NCBI RefSeq assembly: GCF_001306055.1
Contig: NZ_LGHJ01000020.1
Coordinates: 85,970-117,969, forward strand
Direction: 5' to 3'
DNA length: 32,000 bases
From: Bellilinea caldifistulae
GTDB lineage: Bacteria; Chloroflexota; Anaerolineae; Anaerolineales; Anaerolineaceae
Positions 17,293 through 23,205 of this stretch are shown here, one piece after another. The position numbers were made by a program, and so were the translations under genes. How positions within the stretch are numbered: the stretch's first letter is position 1; the number at the start of each line of letters is the position of its first letter. The notes below the pieces were generated by a model. The model saw nothing but the letters and a program-made list of their open reading frames with translations, had not been told where the DNA came from and did no database searches.

Positions 17293-18039
17293 TCAGGAAA
17301 TTTGAGTGAGATTAGCGATTTGCTGTAATCTTTCGATGAAAGATGTTCGTTCGCGCAGGATGCCCTCGACCGCTCGGGCAGCAATTGCCGGCCATGAATT
17401 CACTCGGCTATGGATGTCCGGAGGGATGCGCGGAATCTTTTCGAAGGCATCTTGAAGCAGGTCAAAGGGGATGTCGTATTGTTGGGAGAGCTCCTCAAGC
17501 CGTTGTTGGGCGGTTTCGGAAGAATGCCTCAAACAGCCTCCGGTGACAAACCAGCCGATCCGTTTGGAATTTTCCATCACAGGATGAACCCAATAACTCA
17601 ATCCGGCATGGCAGGTGAGAAGATTTTCGCCCGCGGCTGCCTGACGGGCGAATTCTCGCCAGTTTTGCAGGCAGGCAGCCCGTCCACTGGCGCTTTTCCA
17701 GAGCAGGCGGCAAAAATCACAGGGATTGCTGATTTCGGTTTGGGGGTCGCCTTCCACATCCAGGATGATGGCACTCAGGCCGCTTACTTCGGCGAAGAGA
17801 TCCTGTACAGGTTGAACGCAATGAGCTGGAAAAGCGGCGGTTAATTCCGCTGCGGCTGCACTTTCTACGGAAGATCCGCTTCCACTGCTGAGCAATTTTT
17901 CAACGTTGCTGCGTGGGAAGCGCCATTGCTGACCGATTTTGACCCCTTTCAACCGCCCATCTTGCAGCATGCGGTAAATGGTAATGCGGTCAACTTTGAG
18001 CAGTTCCTGAACCTGACGGGTAGTAAGTAATTCTTCCAT
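17293..18039 (-). CDS. Transcriptional regulator: excisionase/MerR-type HTH (HTH_17) plus PocR sensory domain
   Basis: N-terminus LLTTRQVQELLKVDRITIYRMLQDGRLKGVKIGQQWRF. The C-terminal part carries FCRLL...GRAAC...LLTCHAGLSYWVHPV...IGWFVTGG, which matches the PocR pattern (FC..., C..., CHAGL) as I recall it. Confidence 0.72.
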   Translation of the reverse strand: MEELLTTRQVQELLKVDRITIYRMLQDGRLKGVKIGQQWRFPRSNVEKLLSSGSGSSVESAAAAELTAAFPAHCVQPVQDLFAEVSGLSAIILDVEGDPQTEISNPCDFCRLLWKSASGRAACLQNWREFARQAAAGENLLTCHAGLSYWVHPVMENSKRIGWFVTGGCLRHSSETAQQRLEELSQQYDIPFDLLQDAFEKIPRIPPDIHSRVNSWPAIAARAVEGILRERTSFIERLQQIANLTQIS

Positions 18040-18078
18040 AGTTTGATATAAAAAGTTATAACAACCTGTATCAGCCTT

Positions 18079-18106
18079 ATCATAGCCCGCTAAAAGAATT
18101 GTGCAA
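18079..18106 (-). promoter_or_regulatory. sigma70-like promoter for the regulator-sqr operon (TTGCAC-16 nt-TATGAT)
   Basis: Plus-strand gtgcaa at 18101-18106 and atcata at 18079-18084, with a 16-nt spacer, about 40 nt upstream of the ATG at 18039. Confidence 0.5.
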
Positions 18107-18354
18107 AGTGATGAATGTCATGACGAATGTCATATCGTTCTTTTCTTCACAATCGATTCTGTCTAATCTTTTGAGGTTCTTGCAATTGATTTCACCCGAT
18201 GAGAAAGTTATTATTAACCCTGTCTACAACATTATCTATCCCAATGAATTTTTTGAGATCAGCGGGTTCAAAGGTGAATGCGTTAGAAGACTGATCTTGT
18301 GCGGATCGGATTAGACAATTGTGCAAGACGAGAAATTTTTATGGGAGAGATATA

Positions 18355-18768
18355 ATGAATGAAGGTCAACTGGATTGGCTCGAATCCGGGCAATTTATCA
18401 CTCTGACCACCTTTCGAAAAAATGGTCAGGCTGTTCCAACGCCGGTTTGGTTTGTCTGGCAGGATGACCGCTTATATGTTTATACACAAGAACAATCCGG
18501 AAAAGCCAAACGAATCCGTGCTAATGGACGGGCATTAATCGCTCCCAGTGACGTTCGCGGAAATCCGCTGGGAGACTTCATTGACGCTCGCGGGAAAATC
18601 CTGAGGGATGCAGATAAAATCAAACAGGTTGACCGCCTGTTTGATAAAAAGTACGGCATTCAGCGCAAATTGATCGGTTTAATGTCCCGCTTTCGGGGTG
18701 GTCGTTCGCAGGCAACCCCCTGCTTTTTGGAATTCGTTTTGAATCCGGAAAAAGAAACCGCTGGTTAG
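18355..18768 (+). CDS. PPOX-class (pyridoxamine-5'-phosphate-oxidase fold) probable F420-dependent oxidoreductase
   Basis: 137 aa. Contains ITLTTFRKNGQAVPTPVWFVWQDDRLYVYT...AKRIRANGRALIAP, typical of the split-barrel flavin/deazaflavin binding family. ATG at 18355 with GGGAGAG SD. Confidence 0.7.
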   Translation: MNEGQLDWLESGQFITLTTFRKNGQAVPTPVWFVWQDDRLYVYTQEQSGKAKRIRANGRALIAPSDVRGNPLGDFIDARGKILRDADKIKQVDRLFDKKYGIQRKLIGLMSRFRGGRSQATPCFLEFVLNPEKETAG

Positions 18769-18771
18769 GGA

Positions 18772-19146
18772 TTATTCAGATTGCTCGATTGAGTTTGTCG
18801 AGGTGAGAGTTGACTCGCTCTGACCAACGGGCGGGGTTGATTGTAAAGCCTGCAACCGCTGTTCGGCGCTGGTTAACTTTTCTTTGAGTTCCTCAATTTC
18901 TTTTTCAAGAGAAGCAATTTTTTTATTACGGGCAGCCAGCTGCCAGCGAGTTCGAATTGAACCGGGCAGGATTGTCAGCAGGCCAATGATCACGCCGACA
19001 AATGCTGCCAGCAGCAAAACCAGTGCCAGTGATTGATTAAACTGCCAGACAAAAAAACTTACGCTGACAGCAGCGGTGTTCTGAAGTGCAAAGATGACCG
19101 CAATTACCGCAATGATTAAAGCCAGAATCAGTAGCAGTGTGATCAT
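18772..19146 (-). CDS. LapA-domain (DUF1049) inner-membrane protein with a coiled-coil tail
   Basis: Two TM helices, with the family-like string FALQNTAAVSVSFFVWQF..SLALVLLLAAFVGVIIG. AGGAGG SD. It lies 26 nt downstream of the DegV gene. Confidence 0.7.
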   Translation of the reverse strand: MITLLLILALIIAVIAVIFALQNTAAVSVSFFVWQFNQSLALVLLLAAFVGVIIGLLTILPGSIRTRWQLAARNKKIASLEKEIEELKEKLTSAEQRLQALQSTPPVGQSESTLTSTNSIEQSE

Positions 19147-19172
19147 CGTCGAAACCTCCTGTGCGTAAAAAT

Positions 19173-20030
19173 CTAATCCTCGTGACAGGCAAAAGCCATC
19201 CCAACCGCGCCGGGGCCAATGTGAGCGCCGATAACCGGGCTGATTGTAGAATACCAGGTTTGTTGAAGGCGATTTCCCAGCCGATCCTTAACGAGATTGA
19301 GTAAAGTTTCGGCCAATTCGGGAATATCTGCGTAAAGGCTGGCCGCGATGATACGGCTACATTTTCCCACTTTTCTTTCCATCAATTCGACCATTCGCTG
19401 CATGGCGCGGCTCATCGTGCGGACTTTTTCGCAGGACTCAATGACGCCATTGCGGGTTTCGAGGATGGGGTGAATTTTCAAGGCTGAACCCACTAACGCC
19501 GCTGCCCCGCCGATGCGGCCGCCGCGGTGTAGAAATTCCAGTGTGCCGGGGATGAAATAGGTATGACTGGCCTCTCGAATTTTTCGGGCAATTCGTTCGC
19601 ATTCCGCCAGAGTTGCACCCTGTGCCGCAGCGCGGGCGGCTTCGACTACCTGAAAGGCCATCGCCGCTGCCCCGGTAAGGGAATCAAATACCCGAATTTT
19701 TTCTGATGCCAGCTCGCGGGCTGCCTGAATGGCTGCGGCCACGGTTCCGGAAACCTTCCCAGAGATGTGAATACTGAGGATATCGTACCCTTTTTCCAAC
19801 CAGCGGCGGTAAACATTCAAGAAGGTCTGTAAAGGAATTTGTGAGGTGCGCGGCATTTCCGATGAGCTGGCCAGCCGACGGAAGAAATCTTCGGGATTCA
19901 GGTCAATTCCATCCGCGTAAGATTTTCCCTCCCACGTCAAATAAAGGGGGATGACTTCCACTGGCAAAGAATCGGTTTGAAAAGGGGGTAAATAGGCGCT
20001 GCTGTCGGTAATCACAATGACGTTTCTCAT
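19173..20030 (-). CDS. DegV family fatty-acid-binding protein
   Basis: VIVITDSSAYLP at the N-terminus and a family-like TSQIP. The ATG at 20030 is chosen because a good promoter lies inside the longer TTG-20090 version of the ORF. Confidence 0.88.
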   Translation of the reverse strand: MRNVIVITDSSAYLPPFQTDSLPVEVIPLYLTWEGKSYADGIDLNPEDFFRRLASSSEMPRTSQIPLQTFLNVYRRWLEKGYDILSIHISGKVSGTVAAAIQAARELASEKIRVFDSLTGAAAMAFQVVEAARAAAQGATLAECERIARKIREASHTYFIPGTLEFLHRGGRIGGAAALVGSALKIHPILETRNGVIESCEKVRTMSRAMQRMVELMERKVGKCSRIIAASLYADIPELAETLLNLVKDRLGNRLQQTWYSTISPVIGAHIGPGAVGMAFACHED

Positions 20031-20061
20031 CTTTTCCCTTTCCGAACGGGGGATTGAAAAA

Positions 20062-20090
20062 ATTGTAGCACGCCTCTTGAGATAATTCAA
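20062..20090 (-). promoter_or_regulatory. sigma70-like promoter for degV-lapA (TTGAAT-17 nt-TGcTACAAT)
   Basis: Plus-strand attcaa at 20085-20090 and attgta at 20062-20067, with a 17-nt spacer and an extended -10 TG. Confidence 0.55.
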
Positions 20091-20127
20091 TTTGGAAAAC
20101 CGCCAGGATTAATTCTTTCTTAAAACC

Positions 20128-20157
20128 TTGACAGATACTGAGACGCTATGATAGGAT
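20128..20157 (+). promoter_or_regulatory. sigma70-like promoter (TTGACA-18 nt-TGaTAGGAT) driving the non-coding region
   Basis: ttgaca at 20128-20133, TG at 20149-20150 and taggat at 20152-20157. It is divergent from the degV promoter. Confidence 0.5.
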
Positions 20158-20162
20158 TTGCG

Positions 20163-20360
20163 AGTAAGTATTTTACAGAAAGGGTGCACACGAGATGGTA
20201 GAAATCTGCACTGTTCATACTCTTAGCAACCTGCTCGCCGTCAGTGGTGGGGTTGCTTACGTACCTTCTCGGAGTGCGCCTGTTGCCCGGTAAGTTGAAC
20301 GAATTGTAAAACGCCGACAGCCACGGGAGCACGCCGATCCCGTGGCTGTTTGTTTCTTTA
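20163..20360 (+). ncRNA. Candidate structured RNA of about 200 nt (unassigned class; 6S-like rod or cis-regulatory leader)
   Basis: Nested pairings seen by eye: 20171-20178 with 20304-20311, 20181-20198 with 20264-20281 (imperfect), and 20225-20231 with 20251-20257. It ends in a 12-bp hairpin plus a U-rich tail. No SD-preceded ORF of 60 aa or more is present. Confidence 0.35.
20317..20360 (+). terminator. Hairpin 1: 12-bp perfect stem followed by a U-rich tail
   Basis: acagccacggga (20317-20328) pairs with tcccgtggctgt (20338-20349) around a 9-nt loop, followed by ttgtttcttta. Confidence 0.55.
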
Positions 20361-20377
20361 GTAATCCGGTTCATTCC

Positions 20378-20412
20378 AGCCACGGGAAAAGAAAACCCCG
20401 TGGCTTTTTTTT
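20378..20412 (+). terminator. Hairpin 2: intrinsic terminator with a T8 tract
   Basis: agccacggg (20378-20386) pairs with cccgtggct (20397-20405) around a 10-nt loop. The T-run spans 20405-20412. It lies 26 nt upstream of the ATG at 20438. Confidence 0.75.
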
Positions 20413-20437
20413 CGTAGTGTTATCAGGAGGTGTTGTC

Positions 20438-21019
20438 ATGTTGAAGAAAAATCATCACTCCGAGCCGAATCTGTCCAAAGGGAAACCTTTATCAAGTGGA
20501 AAGAATGATTTTCAACAACCAATGGAGTCAACCGTGTTTGAAGTATTTATGCGCAATGGATCTTACCGTGTGGATTATTTGAATAGCGAAAGGTTCGGAA
20601 CACCTCCTTCTCTGGCAATGTATGTCTCAGGCGACTTGCCGGTTGGTCAGCCATACAGCCGTACTGCAAAGCGCTGCCTGCAAAGCGGTTTGATGGCGAT
20701 TCGCCAAATGGGGCAGCTTTCGAATTTGGTCGGTGTGTATGTGGATATTGCTCAATCGGATGTTCAAAAACGGCCGGCGCTTGAGCAGTTGTTAAGGGAT
20801 GGGCTGGCGGGAGTTTTCCACCGTTTGCTGATCGTTTGTGAAAAAAAGGTTGAAGATTTCAACCCCCTGTTGCGAGACTGGCAAAAGCATCTTGAAAAAC
20901 TTTCCGCTTGCGAAATCCTGATCGCCGATGTGGAGAAGGTTTGGTTGATCGAACGCGCAAAAACCTCTTTGCGGGAGTTTCGGGTGGTTGATGCGCAATC
21001 GGTTTGGATTTTGGAATAA
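20438..21019 (+). CDS. Hypothetical protein with weak similarity to a serine-recombinase (resolvase) catalytic domain; catalytic residues not conserved
   Basis: 193 aa, with AGGAGG at 20425-20430. By-eye alignment to gamma-delta resolvase: VYVDIAQSDVQKRPALEQLLRDGLAGVFHRLLIV against the resolvase pattern F.D.ASG....R.GL..LL......GD.ILV. The YxRVS and DRLGR positions are replaced, and there is no C-terminal HTH. Confidence 0.5.
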   Translation: MLKKNHHSEPNLSKGKPLSSGKNDFQQPMESTVFEVFMRNGSYRVDYLNSERFGTPPSLAMYVSGDLPVGQPYSRTAKRCLQSGLMAIRQMGQLSNLVGVYVDIAQSDVQKRPALEQLLRDGLAGVFHRLLIVCEKKVEDFNPLLRDWQKHLEKLSACEILIADVEKVWLIERAKTSLREFRVVDAQSVWILE

Positions 21020-21038
21020 ATTCCTTCGGAGAATTCAA

Positions 21039-21623
21039 ATGTTCAAAACACAATTATTTGAGTCACAATCGTTGTTGTTGGACCCGTACGACCCGGATAA
21101 GGATGCAGCATACGAAGCCTTCTTTACTCGCCGCTGGCATTATACATGGGGGTCTATGCTCTACACCGAAGCGCATCCTCTGTCCGAATTTCAGGTGAAA
21201 AAGAAACGGGAAGAGCAGTTAAAACGCTGTGCGGAAAGCCGCGATTCTTTTCTTTTTGCTATCCGGTTACGTGAACAGAAAAGGTTTATCGGCGTTGTGG
21301 AATTGCCGTGGGTGTCGTGGTCGAACCGGATGGCGTGGATGAAGGTTCTGATTGGAGAGGAGTCAATCGAGGCGGCTTACTTGCCAGAGGCGGTCAAAAT
21401 GGGGTTGCGCTACGCTTTTGATGAACTGGATATGGCACTGGTTGCCAGCAGCACCGGTGAATTTCAGCCGCAAGTGTTGCAGACCCTTCAAAGCTTGGGA
21501 ATGCGGGTGTGTGTGCGCCAGCGCCAAATGGTCTACTTTCAAAACCAGTACTGGGATCGGATCATCGTTGGAATGTCTCAATCAGACTGGCAAACCAACT
21601 ATTCGGAGGAACAAGGGCAATGA
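21039..21623 (+). CDS. GNAT (RimJ/RimL-like, Acetyltransf_3) family protein, possibly degenerate
   Basis: 194 aa. The fold-typical FAIRLREQKRFIGVVEL...W..VLIGEE...GLRYAFDEL is present, but the expected G-K-G-Y-G pyrophosphate loop is replaced by ESIEAAYLPEA. Confidence 0.65.
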   Translation: MFKTQLFESQSLLLDPYDPDKDAAYEAFFTRRWHYTWGSMLYTEAHPLSEFQVKKKREEQLKRCAESRDSFLFAIRLREQKRFIGVVELPWVSWSNRMAWMKVLIGEESIEAAYLPEAVKMGLRYAFDELDMALVASSTGEFQPQVLQTLQSLGMRVCVRQRQMVYFQNQYWDRIIVGMSQSDWQTNYSEEQGQ

Positions 21624-22186
21624 GCGGAGACTTGTTAATGGGTAAACTGGTTCGACTGGTCGCGATGGATGTTGAGGAAGATCCCCGGTTGATTTCTGAA
21701 TGGGATCGAGACAGTGAATTTCAACGGCTGCTGAATTCAGAGAGTGCATCCCGCTATAACTCAAAGCAGGTGAAAGAATTTCTGGAAAAAGATATTGACT
21801 CGATGCATTTTTATATGATTCAACGGTTGGAAGATGACCGTAAGATCGGGTTAATTGACCTGAACGGTATTGATTGGGTCAGCAGAAATGCATGGGTTGG
21901 GATCGGCATCGGCGAACGCGAATTTTGGGGCAAGGGTTATGGCACAGATGCCATGAAGGTGCTGCTGCGCTATGCTTTCACGATCCTCAATTTGCAACGG
22001 GTGAGTCTGAACGTTTTTGATTTCAACCAACGCGGTTATGCTTCCTACAAAAAATGTGGATTTAAGGAAGAAGGGCGTCTGCCGGCAGCATTGCTGAAAG
22101 GCGGCAAACGCTGGGATTTAATTTTCATGGGCGTTTTACGTTCGGACTGGGAAGAACTTCAAAAATCAACGAGCGAAAAGGAGTAA
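21620..22186 (+). CDS. GNAT family N-acetyltransferase (RimJ/RimL-like)
   Basis: 188 aa. Contains IGLIDLNGIDWVSRNAWVGIGIGEREFWGKGYGTDAMKVLLRYAF...N.RGYASYKKCGFKEEG. The start overlaps the upstream stop (ATGA), with GGAGGA at 21605-21610. Confidence 0.85.
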   Translation: MSGDLLMGKLVRLVAMDVEEDPRLISEWDRDSEFQRLLNSESASRYNSKQVKEFLEKDIDSMHFYMIQRLEDDRKIGLIDLNGIDWVSRNAWVGIGIGEREFWGKGYGTDAMKVLLRYAFTILNLQRVSLNVFDFNQRGYASYKKCGFKEEGRLPAALLKGGKRWDLIFMGVLRSDWEELQKSTSEKE

Positions 22187-22189
22187 GAA

Positions 22190-23194
22190 ATGCGTGAGAA
22201 AATTGCACTTCAAATTCGACCATTTGACCAGGGTTATCTTCGCGAGGTAGTCAATTTGTTGAATGCAGCCCAGGCAGCCATCAATGGTAAGCCTATGACA
22301 ACCGAAGAAGAATTGCAGGCGGAATTAAATTCACCGGGGTTCAATCCCGAAACGGATGTCCGTTTATTTCTGGATGATGAAGAGCGACTGGTTGGATATG
22401 CGGAGTTTTGGGATCGTGGTCAACCGCATGTGAGGTTGTTTGGCTTTGGCGCAGTCCACCCGCAGGATTGGGGTAAAGGCATTGGAACGATGATTGTGCA
22501 GTGGCTTGAACAACGCGCTCAGCAAAGTCTCCCGCTTGCTCCGACCGATGCGCAGGTGGTCATTCACAGCAGCGTCATGGCGCGGAATGAGCGAGCCAAA
22601 CGCTTGTACGAACGGCTGGGCTACCACCACATTCGTACGTTTTATCGAATGCGCATAGATTTCGATCAGCCGCCGCGCAAACCGCTTTTACCTGCGGGGA
22701 TCCAAATTCGGCCGATCCAAGACGAAAAAGACCTTCGTCTGGGAATTTTTGCCGACCACGATTCGTTCAAAGATCACTGGGGCTTTGTTCAGGAAGGTGA
22801 GGATTTCGAGTCCTTTTACAAGCGAATGGCTTATTTTCTGCAAAATGATCCTTTTGTAGATTTAAAAAACAGTCTTCTGGCGATGGATGGTGAAGAAGTG
22901 GCCGGAGTTTGTTTTAATTCCACGGGAACAGTTGAGGATGCCCGGCAGGGGTGGGTGAATATTCTGGGGGTACGTCGTCCGTGGCGGAAACGCGGATTGG
23001 GATTGGCTCTGCTGCTGACATCATTCAACACTTTTTATGCGTTGGGTTTGACCTCCGCCGGTCTGGGAGTGGACAGCGCCAACCTGACCGGTGCGCTTCG
23101 CCTCTATGAACAGGCGGGCATGCGGGTTGAAGAAGAGTACCACACTTACGAGAAGGAACTGCGCTCCGGCCGGCCTTTATTCAATCGCGGTTGA
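22190..23194 (+). CDS. Two-domain GNAT N-acetyltransferase (MshD/mycothiol-synthase-like architecture)
   Basis: 334 aa. The first lobe has VHPQDWGKGIGTMIV...RAKRLYERLGY. The second lobe has LGVRRPWRKRGLGLALLL...GALRLYEQAGMRV. Confidence 0.82.
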   Translation: MREKIALQIRPFDQGYLREVVNLLNAAQAAINGKPMTTEEELQAELNSPGFNPETDVRLFLDDEERLVGYAEFWDRGQPHVRLFGFGAVHPQDWGKGIGTMIVQWLEQRAQQSLPLAPTDAQVVIHSSVMARNERAKRLYERLGYHHIRTFYRMRIDFDQPPRKPLLPAGIQIRPIQDEKDLRLGIFADHDSFKDHWGFVQEGEDFESFYKRMAYFLQNDPFVDLKNSLLAMDGEEVAGVCFNSTGTVEDARQGWVNILGVRRPWRKRGLGLALLLTSFNTFYALGLTSAGLGVDSANLTGALRLYEQAGMRVEEEYHTYEKELRSGRPLFNRG

Positions 23195-23205
23195 GTTTTA
23201 ACAAT

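Noticed and set aside
18099-18314. 71-aa ORF in the AT-rich spacer
   Set aside because: It has no SD, a composition unlike neighbouring genes, and its start overlaps the predicted sqr-operon promoter and repeat boxes. I kept it only as a remote possibility of a small foreign gene.
20031-20090. TTG-20090 start for DegV
   Set aside because: A TTGAAT-17-TGcTACAAT promoter occupies exactly this stretch. DegV homologues begin close to the ...VIVITDSSAYLP segment.
20138-20321. Assignment of the structured RNA to a known riboswitch class
   Set aside because: CTGAGA (TPP-like) at 20138-20143 lies in the promoter spacer and has no ACCTGA partner. CCGACAGC (20314-20321) recalls the c-di-AMP ydaO 3' strand, but the GGGGACCCA and GGUGAAUC cores are absent. 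No T-box sequence, B12 box or ykkC core was found. I cannot run covariance models, so the class is left unassigned.
20120-20383. 87-aa minus-strand ORF covering the candidate RNA region
   Set aside because: It has no SD and would start inside terminator hairpin 1. It would run against a plus-strand promoter and plus-strand U-tract terminators. The region is better explained as RNA.
20342-20437. GTG-20342 extension of the 20438 ORF
   Set aside because: The extension would be translated through both terminator hairpins and the T8 tract. AGGAGG sits at the correct distance from the ATG at 20438.
20128-21019. Retron, or a mobile element implied by the ncRNA plus resolvase-like gene
   Set aside because: There is no reverse transcriptase, no flanking inverted or direct repeats, and no integrase or transposase. 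The resolvase-like protein lacks catalytic residues and an HTH.
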